Assembly (NCBI GenBank): GCA_965223705.1
Contig: OZ245015.1
Coordinates: 2,624,001-2,688,000 of the forward strand
Source of the DNA: Myxococcota bacterium
GTDB taxonomy: Bacteria; Myxococcota_A; UBA9160; UBA6930
Length of the DNA stretch: 64,000 bases
Reading direction: 5' to 3'
Shown here: one piece after another, positions 12,206 through 22,122 of the stretch
Layout: every line of letters begins with the position of its first letter
How positions within the stretch are numbered: position 1 is the first letter of the stretch
The notes under the pieces: generated by a model
The model's database searches: none
Told to the model about the DNA's origin: nothing
The model's input: the letters and a program-made list of their open reading frames with translations, nothing else
Translations under genes and position numbers: made by a program

Positions 12206-13255
12206 GTGCCGATTCTCGCGCGCCACTACGCCGGACGCTTTCTCGCGCATTTTTTCGGCGCGCTCATGATTCTCGCCGCGTTCCTCGTGATCGTAGAGCT
12301 TTTGCTCGATCTCGAGGAGATCCTCGAAGCCGAGACGACGTTCCTCGGGATCCTGGGCCTCGTCGTCACGCGAATCACCGCCTTCTACCTACCCTACCTC
12401 GTTCCGTTCGCCGCGTTTATCGGGGCTTTCCTGACCGCGGGTCTGGCCGCGCGAGCGCGCGAGATCACGGCGATGAAGGCCGGCGGGATTTCTCCGATGA
12501 GCGTCGCTTGGGCGATGCTCGCCATCGCGACCTGGATCTCCGTGGTGTCGTTCGTGGTCGACGAAACCGCGGTTCGCTGGGCGGAATCCGACTTGCGGTC
12601 GCGTGAGACGGGCGAAGCCACGACCATCGCCGTCCGGCACGGACGCATCTGGTATCACACGGGGCGATACATCTACAACATTCAAGCGATCGACGGGCAC
12701 GTCGTCCGCGGAGTCCGTCTCTACGAGCGCGACGAACTAGGACGCTTGGCACGCCTGATCGAAGCGCGCAGCGGGCGAGAAACCGAACCCAGCCGCTGGC
12801 GCTTTGATGACGCGACACTGCGTACGTTCGACCCCGATCGGCCGCGGACACCGCCCACGGTCACCGAAGCGGACCAGGTCGAGATCGCACTCGCTCCCGA
12901 ACGCAGCCCGAACGTGCTCCGCGAAAGCCTTTTGGAAGAACCGATTTGGGTGCTTCTCGGCGAGGCCGGCGACACCCACCCCTCGGTGCGCGCAACGATC
13001 CATCAGCGGTTATCGCAGGTGCCACTCTCGCTGGCCTTCGTGCTCCTGGCCATTCCGTTGGGTTTTTCGGTCGAGCGCGTCCGCAACCTGGCGAAGCCGG
13101 CGCTCGAAGGCAGCCTCGCCATCGGAGCGCTCCTTTCGATGCGGGAGTACGCGGCGAAATTGGCGGGTGCGGACGGGGGCGCATGGCTGTTGTGGGCCAC
13201 CTTGATCGGGTTCGCGCTCTACGCCGGCTTCCGCCTTCTGCGGATCGACCGTTAG
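12206..13255 (+). CDS. LptF/LptG family LPS export permease
   Basis: ILARHY N-terminus, three TMs, EITAMKAGGIS, periplasmic domain, three C-terminal TMs. Confidence 0.85.
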   Translation: MPILARHYAGRFLAHFFGALMILAAFLVIVELLLDLEEILEAETTFLGILGLVVTRITAFYLPYLVPFAAFIGAFLTAGLAARAREITAMKAGGISPMSVAWAMLAIATWISVVSFVVDETAVRWAESDLRSRETGEATTIAVRHGRIWYHTGRYIYNIQAIDGHVVRGVRLYERDELGRLARLIEARSGRETEPSRWRFDDATLRTFDPDRPRTPPTVTEADQVEIALAPERSPNVLRESLLEEPIWVLLGEAGDTHPSVRATIHQRLSQVPLSLAFVLLAIPLGFSVERVRNLAKPALEGSLAIGALLSMREYAAKLAGADGGAWLLWATLIGFALYAGFRLLRIDR

Positions 13256-14151
13256 GGCTCACGCGCCGGCGCGCCCTTCCCGTCTTGCAAGAATTTCAGG
13301 AAGGGGTGGTCGGGTGGCAGTACGAGCGTCGTGCCCGACCCGATGGTGTCCCGATAGGCCTCGAGACTGCGCACGAACGCAAAGAACTCCGCATCGGCTC
13401 CGTAGGCTTCGGCGTAGATCCGAGCCGCTTCGGCATCGCCTCGGCCGCGCTCGATTTCCGATTGTCGCCCGGCTTCGGCGACGGTCACGCGGGCCTCGCG
13501 ATCCGAGCTTGCGCGAATACGTCGCGCCTCCTCCTCGCCCTCGGCCCGGTGCTTTCGCGAGAGGCGCTCACGCTCGGCGCGCATGCGCGCATACACGTTC
13601 TTCTCGGTGTCCGTCGGAAGCTCGGTGCGATTGATCCGGACGTCGCGGACGGCGATCCCCGCTCCCGCTAACGCGCTCCCGGTTTTCTCCGTGATCGACG
13701 CCATGATCGCGACTCGCTTCTCTGTCACGACCTCGTTCAGCGTGTGCTGCCCGATGACTTCGCGCACTTTCGCCTTCACTTCTCGGTCGATCTGGGTCTC
13801 CGCCTCGCTCATACCGGTCGGAAAGGACTTGTAGAACAGCAGCGGATCGTCGATTCGCCAGATCGCGTAGTTGTCGACCACGATCCCTTCGCGGTCCCGG
13901 GTCTGCACGGTGTTCGGGGCGGAATCGAGTTGCAACCAACGTCGATCGAACGTGCGGACCTCCTGCACGAAGGGCCATCGGAAGGAGATCCCGGGTTCCG
14001 TGGGCCGGTCGCCGGGCTGTCCGAGCAGGAGCAGGATCTTCTGCTCATCTTCTCCCGTGATAACGACCGGACCGATCCCCCGCTGTCCGAGCAGGATGAA
14101 ACCGACGCCCAAGGCGACGATCACGACGATCAACAGCAGGAACTTCCTCAC
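13252..14151 (-). CDS. hflC: FtsH protease modulator HflC
   Basis: N-terminal TM, SPFH domain, VYARMRAERER, FFAFVRSLEAY. Confidence 0.9.
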   Translation of the reverse strand: MRKFLLLIVVIVALGVGFILLGQRGIGPVVITGEDEQKILLLLGQPGDRPTEPGISFRWPFVQEVRTFDRRWLQLDSAPNTVQTRDREGIVVDNYAIWRIDDPLLFYKSFPTGMSEAETQIDREVKAKVREVIGQHTLNEVVTEKRVAIMASITEKTGSALAGAGIAVRDVRINRTELPTDTEKNVYARMRAERERLSRKHRAEGEEEARRIRASSDREARVTVAEAGRQSEIERGRGDAEAARIYAEAYGADAEFFAFVRSLEAYRDTIGSGTTLVLPPDHPFLKFLQDGKGAPAREP

Positions 14152-15134
14152 GGCGTGGGCTCGGATCGGTTACGGCCCAGCGGCAAATACGGCATCACGT
14201 TGCTCCCACCGGGTTCCATGACGACGAGCTCGGCGCCGGTGAGCACTTCTTCCATCGCTTCCAGGTACAAGCGTTGCCGGGTGACCTGGGGCGCCCTTTG
14301 ATACTCCTCGACCAACGCGAGGAACCGCTTCGATTCGCCGTCGGCCTTCGCGACTTTTTCCTCCGCGTAGGCCTGGGCAGACTCGACGAGCTCCGTCGCC
14401 TCGGCGCGCGCTCGAGGGAGCACCTCGTTTGCGTAGCCTTCGGCTTCGTTGACTTTCCGATCGCGGTCCTGGGCGGCTGCAATGACGTCATCGAACGCCG
14501 CGCGCACGTCCTTCGGCGGCTTCACTTCCTGAAGCTGGATGCTCACGACGAAAATCCCGGCTTCGTAAGCGTCGAGCGTCTCCTGGAGCAGCTCGGTCGC
14601 CTCGGCTTCGACCGCGGCGCGTTTGTCGGCGAGCACTTCGTCGATCGTGGTGCGGCCGACCACTTCGCGCACGGCCGCTTGTGCGGCGTTGCGGAGGGTC
14701 TCACGTAGCTCGGCGAGTTGATAACGGGCGTTGAACGCGTTGCCGATGCGGTACTGGAGGACGAATTCGAGATTGACGATGTTGTTGCCCTTGGTCTGCA
14801 TCGTGGCTTCCGACAGACCGGTCCCCGAATCCTCAGTCGCCGCCGCAGCCCCGAAAGCGCCGAACTCTTCCCGCACGATCGAATCCACCAACATGATTTC
14901 GTGACTCTCGATCGGCGGAGGCAAGTGCCAGCGCAGGCCCTCCCGCGTTTCGGTGTACTGGAACTCGCCCAAGCGCTGGACGATCGCCGCCTGACCCGGC
15001 TCCAGCTGGTAGATCCCGAGGTACGCCCACGCGGAAGCGAGGCCGAACACCAGAAGCAGCAGGAAGAGGTTCGCTACGGTGCTCGCGGCGCTGCGGCGCT
15101 CTTTTGCTGCGGCGCCTTCTTTGCCCTCGGCCAT
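14148..15134 (-). CDS. hflK: FtsH protease modulator HflK
   Basis: GLRWHLPPPIE, AFDDVIAA, AEGYANEVLPRARAEA, APQVTRQRLYLEAME. Start trimmed to ATG 15134. Confidence 0.9.
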   Translation of the reverse strand: MAEGKEGAAAKERRSAASTVANLFLLLLVFGLASAWAYLGIYQLEPGQAAIVQRLGEFQYTETREGLRWHLPPPIESHEIMLVDSIVREEFGAFGAAAATEDSGTGLSEATMQTKGNNIVNLEFVLQYRIGNAFNARYQLAELRETLRNAAQAAVREVVGRTTIDEVLADKRAAVEAEATELLQETLDAYEAGIFVVSIQLQEVKPPKDVRAAFDDVIAAAQDRDRKVNEAEGYANEVLPRARAEATELVESAQAYAEEKVAKADGESKRFLALVEEYQRAPQVTRQRLYLEAMEEVLTGAELVVMEPGGSNVMPYLPLGRNRSEPTP

Positions 15135-15135
15135 C

Positions 15136-15903
15136 TCAGCCCTCCGCCGTGCCTGTTCCGCCCGGGGTGATAAAACTGCGAACCGTGTCGATCGGCACCG
15201 GGAAGACGACGGTCGAGCTGTTCTCCGTCGCGATTTCCGCCAGGGTTTGCAGGTAGCGGAGCTGAATGGCCTCCGGTTGCGTGGACAGCACCCGCGACGC
15301 TTCCGCGAGCCGCTCGGCGGCTTGGAACTCACCCTCGGCGTGGATGACCTTCGAGCGCTTCTCTCGCTCTGCCTCGGCCTGTTTCGCCATCGCGCGCTGC
15401 ATGTCGCTCGGGAGATCGATCTGCTTCACCTCGACGGCGCGTACCTTCACGCCCCACGGCTCGGTTTGCTGATCGATGATCTCTTGAAGCTGGCGGTTGA
15501 TCGCTTCGCGTTCTGCCAAGAGCTCATCGAGCTCGGCTTGACCGCAGACGCTGCGCAGCGTTGTCTGCGACAGCTGAGACGTACCGTAGAGGTAGTTCTC
15601 CACCTGGATAACCGCTTTCTCCGGGTGCAGCACGCGGAAGTACAGCACCGCATTGACCTTCACCGACACGTTGTCACGGGTGATCACTTCTTGGGACGGC
15701 ACGTCCATCACGATCTCGCGCAAGCTCACCCGCACCAGGCGGTCGACACCCGGGATAATCCAGCGGATACCCGCTTCTTTGACGCCGTTGAATCGGCCGA
15801 ACCGGAACACGACGCCCCGCTCGTACTCCTGAAGAATTCGGATGCCGGCGAACAACAGCGCGCCGACGATCCCGACCAGGATGATCGGTGAGAACGAGAT
15901 CAT
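15136..15903 (-). CDS. Stomatin-like SPFH (slipin) protein
   Basis: [41 protein letters not shown]. Confidence 0.92.
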   Translation of the reverse strand: MISFSPIILVGIVGALLFAGIRILQEYERGVVFRFGRFNGVKEAGIRWIIPGVDRLVRVSLREIVMDVPSQEVITRDNVSVKVNAVLYFRVLHPEKAVIQVENYLYGTSQLSQTTLRSVCGQAELDELLAEREAINRQLQEIIDQQTEPWGVKVRAVEVKQIDLPSDMQRAMAKQAEAEREKRSKVIHAEGEFQAAERLAEASRVLSTQPEAIQLRYLQTLAEIATENSSTVVFPVPIDTVRSFITPGGTGTAEG

Positions 15904-17279
15904 GAGCCCCCTCCTTGGCGTTCCATTCCGGTCGCCTCTTGCCGACGAACGCGCAGTTCGAGGCCTCGCACTTCGACGGCCTCAATCGATTCTCCGCTCT
16001 CGATCCGCTCGTCGGATCGGGCTTGCCAATACTCTCCGCGGATCGCCACGGTGCCGGTTGGATCGATCACGCTGACGGCCCTGCCCGTCATGCCGATCAT
16101 CTCCGACACCCCGGCGACCTGTGCGCGCCCGAGAGAGCGACCGACGGCGTAGACCACCAGGGCGCCGAACACCGCCATGCCGCCGACGGACGGTACCAAG
16201 ACCGACCAGAAATCGACGTTCAAGTCCGACACCTCCGGGCGATCGAAGAGCATCGAGCCGCCGATCAAGAAGCAGGCGATACCCGCGGCCATCAACGCTC
16301 CGTAGGACGTGAAAAAGAGCTCGGCGACGAACAAGGCGAGCCCCAGGGCGACGAACAGGGCGCCGAACCAAGAGAACGGGAGAATCTGCATCGCGATCAT
16401 CGCGAGGATCAGGCAGAGCGCGCCCGCGACGCCGGGGACGATGAGTCCCGGTTGACTGAACTCGATGTAGAGGCCGATGGCCCCCGCCAGGAGGAGGATC
16501 ATGGCGACGTTGGGATCGACCAAGACGTTGAGGAAGCGCGTCAAGGTCTCCATCGCGACTTCGCGCGTCGGCGCGCCCGCGACCGCCAGAGCCTGCGCGC
16601 CATCCCCGACGTCGACCGTCCTGCCTTCGAGTTGTGCGAGAAGATCCGCCCGGTCGTCGGCGACGAGGTCGATGACGCCGAGCTCGAGGGCTTCGGCGGC
16701 GGTCACGGCGACGGATTCGCGCACCGCCTGTGCCGCCCATTCGACGTTGCGCCCGCGTTCCTTCGCGATCGATTCGATGAACGCGACGAGAAGATTCTCG
16801 GCCTTTTGTGCGCTGTAGTCCGCCGGCTTCTGCTCTTCGCCGTCCTGCGCGGGAGCACCGCCGCCGCCGATACCGACGGGGTGGGCGGCGCCGATGCTCG
16901 ACCCCGGTGCCATGGCCGCGACGTGGCCCGCCATGGTGATGAACGTTCCCGCCGAGCCGGCCCAGGCGCCGCGCGGGGAGACGTAAACCGCGATGGGAAC
17001 CCGCGCGTTCAGCATCGCCTGGATGATGTCCTTCGTCGAAGCGACCAGCCCGCCGGGCGTGTCGAGCTCGATCACCAGGACCGAGGCGCCCTCCTCTTCC
17101 GCCTGGCGGATGGCCTTCTGCAGATAATCCGATGACGCCGGATTGATCGACCCGGCAATCCGGGCCACCAAGACCGGACCGGTCCGCGTGGACGCCGGGG
17201 CCTCGTCTTCGGCCAGCGCCATCAACGCCGGAACCGCAGTGAGGGCGGCGACGAGCCACGCGACCCACCGGCGCTTCAT
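15900..17279 (-). CDS. nfeD: NfeD family membrane-bound ClpP-class protease
   Basis: LDTPGG, SAGTFI, IGAAHPV, TM bundle, C-terminal OB fold (GEYWQA); coupled to the stomatin gene. Confidence 0.9.
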   Translation of the reverse strand: MKRRWVAWLVAALTAVPALMALAEDEAPASTRTGPVLVARIAGSINPASSDYLQKAIRQAEEEGASVLVIELDTPGGLVASTKDIIQAMLNARVPIAVYVSPRGAWAGSAGTFITMAGHVAAMAPGSSIGAAHPVGIGGGGAPAQDGEEQKPADYSAQKAENLLVAFIESIAKERGRNVEWAAQAVRESVAVTAAEALELGVIDLVADDRADLLAQLEGRTVDVGDGAQALAVAGAPTREVAMETLTRFLNVLVDPNVAMILLLAGAIGLYIEFSQPGLIVPGVAGALCLILAMIAMQILPFSWFGALFVALGLALFVAELFFTSYGALMAAGIACFLIGGSMLFDRPEVSDLNVDFWSVLVPSVGGMAVFGALVVYAVGRSLGRAQVAGVSEMIGMTGRAVSVIDPTGTVAIRGEYWQARSDERIESGESIEAVEVRGLELRVRRQEATGMERQGGGS

Positions 17280-18475
17280 CGCGTGCCCCGAAGTTTTTCG
17301 ACGCGGTCGAGGATCCTGCCGGCGACTTCGCGCTTGGACATGAGCGGGAGTGCTTCTTCTTCTTCGCCCGGCGAGAGCAGGAGCACCGCGTTTTCGTCGG
17401 TTTCGAAACCGGCGTCGGCGCGACTGATGTCGTTCGCCACCAGGAGATCGCAGCCCTTGCGTTCGAGCTTGCGCCGTGCGGCGGCCGCCAGGTCGGAGCT
17501 CTCGGCCGCGAACCCCACGACCACGCGATCACCGCGGTCGCGCGAGACCTCCTCGAGGATGTCGGGGTTCCGAACCAACGACAGCGTCAGCGTGTCGGAC
17601 TCGAGCGCCTCTTTCTTGATCTTGTCGCGAGCGGTCTCGGCGGGCCGAAAGTCGGCAACCGCCGCGGCCATGACCAGCACCGTGGCGCGTTCGAACTCCG
17701 CGAAAACGGCGTCGCGCATTTCGAGCGCGCGCTGCACGTCGACACGCGTCACGCCGTACGGTGTGGGAAGCGCCGTGGGGGCGCTGATGAGGATGACCTC
17801 GGCGCCCCTGCGAGCCGCTTCTTCCGCGACGGCGTAGCCCATTTTCCCGGAGGAGCGATTGCTCAAGCTGCGGACCGGATCGAGTGGCTCCTGGGTTCCA
17901 CCGGCGGTCACCACGACGCGTTCGCCGGCCCAACTTCGAGGGCCCAGCACGTGCTCGACCGCGGCCGCGATTTCCGACGCTTCCGCCAGACGACCCGCGC
18001 CTTGCCAACCGCAAGCGAGGTCGCCCGCGTCCGGCCCCACGAACTGCACGCCGCGCTCGCGCAGCACACCGGCGTTGGTCCGCGTGGCGGGATGCTCCCA
18101 CATGTTGACGTTCATGGCGGGTGCCATGACGACGGGAGCCCGCGTCGCGAGCAGGACGGTCGAAACCAAGTCGTCGGCGATTCCCGACGCGGCCTTGGCC
18201 ATCAAGTTCGCCGTGGCGGGCGCCACCACGACCACCTCGGCCCAGTCCGCGAGATCGATGTGCCCGATTTGGCGCTCCTCCGTCGGGTCGAGTACTTCGC
18301 TCCGGACTTCTTCCCCGGAGAGGGTCTCGAGCACGAGCGGCGCGACGAACGAACGCGCCGCGGGGGTCGTTGCACAGCGAACGCTGTGGCCCCGTCGCTT
18401 CAGTTCGCGCACCAGACCGGGAATCTTGTAGGCGGCGATCCCTCCGCTGACGAGCAGCAGCACGTGATGTCCCAT
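17276..18475 (-). CDS. coaBC: Phosphopantothenoylcysteine decarboxylase/ligase
   Basis: GGIAAYK, PAMNVNMW, LACG, SNRSSGKMG, AAAVADF, VGFAAES. Start trimmed to ATG 18475. Confidence 0.95.
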   Translation of the reverse strand: MGHHVLLLVSGGIAAYKIPGLVRELKRRGHSVRCATTPAARSFVAPLVLETLSGEEVRSEVLDPTEERQIGHIDLADWAEVVVVAPATANLMAKAASGIADDLVSTVLLATRAPVVMAPAMNVNMWEHPATRTNAGVLRERGVQFVGPDAGDLACGWQGAGRLAEASEIAAAVEHVLGPRSWAGERVVVTAGGTQEPLDPVRSLSNRSSGKMGYAVAEEAARRGAEVILISAPTALPTPYGVTRVDVQRALEMRDAVFAEFERATVLVMAAAVADFRPAETARDKIKKEALESDTLTLSLVRNPDILEEVSRDRGDRVVVGFAAESSDLAAAARRKLERKGCDLLVANDISRADAGFETDENAVLLLSPGEEEEALPLMSKREVAGRILDRVEKLRGTR

Positions 18476-18588
18476 TCGGCTCCCCCACGGGCCTCGGGGC
18501 CCGGCTCGCGTCGGTGGCTTCACCGCGACGGTGAAGTGCGAGTGTAGCCGTCCGGGCCCCGGGGTCAGGCCTTCGTGACGGTCGTTGG

Positions 18589-19086
18589 CTATCGCCCGAG
18601 CTTGCTCCGGAGCGCCTCGGCCACGTGGGGCGGCACCCAGGCGTCGATGTCGGTGCCAAAGCGGACCAGCTCCTTCAGCCGGGACGAGCTGACGTAGAGG
18701 TATTCCTGGTCCGTCATCATGAACAGGGTTTCGATGTCGGGGTAGAGGTGCTTGTTCATCAGGGCCATCTCGAACTCGTACTCGAAATCGGCCACGGCGC
18801 GGAGCCCGCGTATCACGACTTTTGCTCCGATTTCCCTCGCGTAGTCGACGAGCAGACCGTTGAACGCTGTGACCCGTACATTGTCGAGACCCGCGCAGGC
18901 CTTCTCGAGGAGAGCGACGCGCTCTTCCACGCTGAACGTTCCCTGCTTCTCGACGTTGTGCGCGACGGCTACGGTGACCTCGGGGAAGGCTTCCCGAGCC
19001 CGGTGCACCAGGTTGAGATGACCGTTGGTCACCGGATCGAAACTCGCGGGAAAGAGGGCCAGTCCCGACCGCAGCTCTGCACTCAT
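18589..19086 (-). CDS. coaD: Pantetheine-phosphate adenylyltransferase
   Basis: FPASFDPVTNGH, IRGLRAVADFEYE, VSSS. Confidence 0.95.
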   Translation of the reverse strand: MSAELRSGLALFPASFDPVTNGHLNLVHRAREAFPEVTVAVAHNVEKQGTFSVEERVALLEKACAGLDNVRVTAFNGLLVDYAREIGAKVVIRGLRAVADFEYEFEMALMNKHLYPDIETLFMMTDQEYLYVSSSRLKELVRFGTDIDAWVPPHVAEALRSKLGR

Positions 19087-19652
19087 CGCTTCTCCTTCAA
19101 TTCACGGGGCGGCCGGAACCGCCGGATCACAGTATCACCGTAGCGCCGCTCGTCCTCTTGAACGAAAGGCGGCAAGACACCTTCCGGGCCCGCGGGGGAG
19201 TGCACCGACCTTTCGAGGACGAGCAGCCCTTCGGGTGTCATCACGTGCCGAAGTTCGTCTGCGAGTCCCTCGTGGGCGCGCGAGGCGTAGGGAGGGTCGA
19301 GGAACGCCAGGTGTGCCCGAACCCCCTCGTCCCGCAGGACGCCGAGAGCCGTGCGTGCGTCGAGCTTGAGGACGCGATACTGCGCCGGCGAAAACAGCGC
19401 GTCGAGGTTGGCGCGAAGAACCTTCGCCGTGCGACCGTCGCGTTCGACGAATACGACGAACGAAGCGCCGCGGGAAAGGGCTTCGGCACCCAACGACCCC
19501 GAGCCGGCGAAAAGATCCAACACGCGACATCCATCGAGATCCCCGAGCGCAGCAAACAGCGCTTCGCGTACGCGGTCCGACGTGGGCCGGACGGAACGAC
19601 CCGACGGAACGCGCAGCTTTCGCCCCGACAATTGTCCTCCGGTGATTCGCAT
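19083..19652 (-). CDS. rsmD: 16S rRNA m2G966 methyltransferase
   Basis: MRITGG, RPTSDRVREALF, LDLFAGSGSLG, DPPY; usual rsmD-coaD pair. Start trimmed to ATG 19652. Confidence 0.93.
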   Translation of the reverse strand: MRITGGQLSGRKLRVPSGRSVRPTSDRVREALFAALGDLDGCRVLDLFAGSGSLGAEALSRGASFVVFVERDGRTAKVLRANLDALFSPAQYRVLKLDARTALGVLRDEGVRAHLAFLDPPYASRAHEGLADELRHVMTPEGLLVLERSVHSPAGPEGVLPPFVQEDERRYGDTVIRRFRPPRELKEKR

Positions 19653-19684
19653 CGCGCAGAAAATTCTCCTCGTCGAAAAAACCT

Positions 19685-19714
19685 TTGCCGCAATCCGAAT
19701 AGCTCGCTTACTAT
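19685..19714 (+). promoter_or_regulatory. Possible sigma-70 promoter for the XRE regulator
   Basis: TTGCCG-N18-TACTAT in an AT-richer divergent intergenic region. Confidence 0.45.
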
Positions 19715-19806
19715 GCGCGTCCTCTCGGAACGTACCAACGCACGCAAGTGTCGAACGCCCCAACCTCGATGCGACCCAGACCGAGGGAAACGCACGAACG
19801 GAGATC

Positions 19807-20046
19807 ATGCCGGTGGCTTCCATCGAACGGCAGAAAAGAAAACTACCCGAGCGTCTCGCATTGGTTCGAGGCGAGCGATCCCAGCGTCAATTCGCCCGGG
19901 ACCTCGGCGTCTTTCAGCAAAACGTCAATCGCTACGAGAGCGGGACGACTCCGCACGCGGACTTCTTGATGCGTCTCGCCGTGAAAGAAGGCATCTCCCT
20001 CGACTGGCTGCTGCTCGGCAAGGGCCGGATGCGCCGAAGTCGCTGA
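19807..20046 (+). CDS. Small XRE-family helix-turn-helix regulator (79 aa)
   Basis: SQRQFARDLGVFQQNVNRYESGTTP...GISLDWLLLGKG; ATG 19807 after GGAG. Confidence 0.85.
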   Translation: MPVASIERQKRKLPERLALVRGERSQRQFARDLGVFQQNVNRYESGTTPHADFLMRLAVKEGISLDWLLLGKGRMRRSR

Positions 20047-20160
20047 GCGGTTCCGCCCCGGGATAACGCCACCTTCCGTCAGGTGGTAACGCGTTACCCA
20101 TACTACCGGTCGCGGGCGTCCGCACCGAGTAGCAACTGTCGCAACAACCCGCCGTAACGC

Positions 20161-20550
20161 ATGATGTCTGCACACCTCGGCGCCGAGGGCATCCTTCTTG
20201 CCCTTAGCGACGGCATGGGTTGGTTGATCTCTCTGGTCGTCCTGGTATCGGCTGCCGATCATTGGACCACGTATCTGTGCCTGCGCGCTCCCGTCTCCGG
20301 ATGGATTGTCACCGAAGCAAACCCCGTTGCGGATTGGTTGTTCGGGCAGTTCGGTCTCGTTGAAGGGCTGTTGATCGACAGCCTGATCACGTTGGCGGCG
20401 CTCTTGGTCCTCTACCGTACGAATCGCGTTCCACACGCCGCGAAATGCGCGTTCCTCACCGCAGTTGCGATGGGCACGGGCTATGCGGTGCTCAACAATC
20501 TAGGCGCCATCCACCAGCTGGGACTCGGGACGCTCGTCGCGGGCGGCTAG
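20161..20550 (+). CDS. Small membrane protein, DUF5658-like
   Basis: DxxTT...EANP motif with several TM segments; the start may be 20215. Confidence 0.6.
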   Translation: MMSAHLGAEGILLALSDGMGWLISLVVLVSAADHWTTYLCLRAPVSGWIVTEANPVADWLFGQFGLVEGLLIDSLITLAALLVLYRTNRVPHAAKCAFLTAVAMGTGYAVLNNLGAIHQLGLGTLVAGG

Positions 20551-20558
20551 CTTTCCCG

Positions 20559-22046
20559 CTACCCGCCGTGCTCGTGCAAGGCGAGCGCGAAACGATCGAG
20601 CGCGCGCATGACCGCCGTGGCGTCTGGGCCGGCCCGATTCACCATCGCCGAGAAGACCAACAGGTCGCCGTCGCGGGTCTCGACATAGCCGGACAGGCCC
20701 GAGACGCCGTTCAGAAGACCGGTCTTCGCCCGTAGCGCTTCGCCGACGGACTTCGCCCGATCTTTCAACGTTCCGTCGGAACCTCCGATCGGCAAACCGG
20801 AAATGAACTCCGAGCCCCATGTGAAAGAGGTCCGGGCGGCCCGCAGCGCGCCGACGAGAGTCCGCGGCGAAACGCGGTTCTCACGAGAAAGTCCCGAACC
20901 GTCGACCCAGACCGTTTTTCCGAGATCGATGCCGCGGCCGACGAGTTCTGCGCGCGCCGCGCGAACGCCTTTCTCCCACGTCCCGGGGACACCGTGTGCG
21001 TCGGCGCCCATGGCTTTGAGCAGCGTCTCGCCGATCGCGTTGTTGCTCCACTTGAGAAAGCGCCGCACCGCCGTCGCAACGGAGGGGCCCTCGAACTCGT
21101 AGAGGGGCGCCTCACAATCGGCCGCACCTTCGCGGGCCTGACCGTCGACGCGGATCCCGTGGCCGCGGAGCTGTTCGAGGAAAACGGCACCGGCGTAGCC
21201 GACCGGATCCGCGACGCTTCGCGCGAACCGCCTCGCCTGGGCCCTTCTCGACAACTGGCCGCTCACGGAAACGGTCTCGCCCGGTGCTGCGAGCGCGCGT
21301 TCGACGCGGAGTCGCGACGAGCCGGCGACGACCTGCGCGCGGTTCGCGACCCGGAAGTACGAGAGCGGCGGGTCGACGCGCACCGCAGGCGCCTCCCCCG
21401 TCCCAGACTCGGACGACACCCACACTTCGAAGGCGCCGTAGTTCGCTCCGAGCGCACTCACCGGCCCGAAGTATGCGCGGCTTGTGACGGCGCCCCAGGA
21501 GGGGTGATGCCGGACGCCGTCAAAGGCGCTGGCATCCAGGATGAGATCCCCGGTGACCCGCTTGAGCCCCCGGGCCCGCAGGTCCGCCGCGAGGCGCCAC
21601 CACTGCTCCGAAGTCAGCAGAGGATCGCCGCTCCCGATGACGCACAGGGCTGCGACGGCGCCACTCGCCGGAAGTGTTGGAGTCGTTTCCACCCGGGTCG
21701 CAAAGCGATGAGCCGGCCCGAAGTGCGAGAGGACCGCGACAGCGGTCAGAACCTTCTGATTCGAGGCGGGGATGAGCGCCCGATCGGGATAGTGCTCGAA
21801 GACCGTACTCCCGTCGCTTGCGCGGACGGCCAAGGCCCCGACGCGTGCGTTCTTGAGGGCGGGCGCCGCCAGGGCCTGTGTCAGAGCCTTCGACGCCGCC
21901 GGCTCAAGTTCCCCCCGTGCCTGGGTCGATGCCGCCTGACAGGCGGTGCCTCCCAGGCCGGCGAGCCCGAGAAGCGCCGCGTATCCACCGATCGCGGCGA
22001 GCCGGCCGATGCGCGCGGTCCGGCGGCTTGACGCTAGCGGGCTTAT
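20559..22046 (-). CDS. dacB: D-Ala-D-Ala carboxypeptidase/endopeptidase PBP4 (peptidase S13); start uncertain
   Basis: PASNQK (SxxK), GSGDP, SNN, DGSGLSRENR, KTG. No canonical start near the signal peptide, so the 5' end is approximate. Confidence 0.88.
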   Translation of the reverse strand: MSPLASSRRTARIGRLAAIGGYAALLGLAGLGGTACQAASTQARGELEPAASKALTQALAAPALKNARVGALAVRASDGSTVFEHYPDRALIPASNQKVLTAVAVLSHFGPAHRFATRVETTPTLPASGAVAALCVIGSGDPLLTSEQWWRLAADLRARGLKRVTGDLILDASAFDGVRHHPSWGAVTSRAYFGPVSALGANYGAFEVWVSSESGTGEAPAVRVDPPLSYFRVANRAQVVAGSSRLRVERALAAPGETVSVSGQLSRRAQARRFARSVADPVGYAGAVFLEQLRGHGIRVDGQAREGAADCEAPLYEFEGPSVATAVRRFLKWSNNAIGETLLKAMGADAHGVPGTWEKGVRAARAELVGRGIDLGKTVWVDGSGLSRENRVSPRTLVGALRAARTSFTWGSEFISGLPIGGSDGTLKDRAKSVGEALRAKTGLLNGVSGLSGYVETRDGDLLVFSAMVNRAGPDATAVMRALDRFALALHEHGG

Positions 22047-22122
22047 CCCCGAGCCTGCGCCGCAGCACAGAAGCCCTCGGACGGCGCGCCACCGTCGGCC
22101 CCTGCCCCCCGCAGGAGCATTC

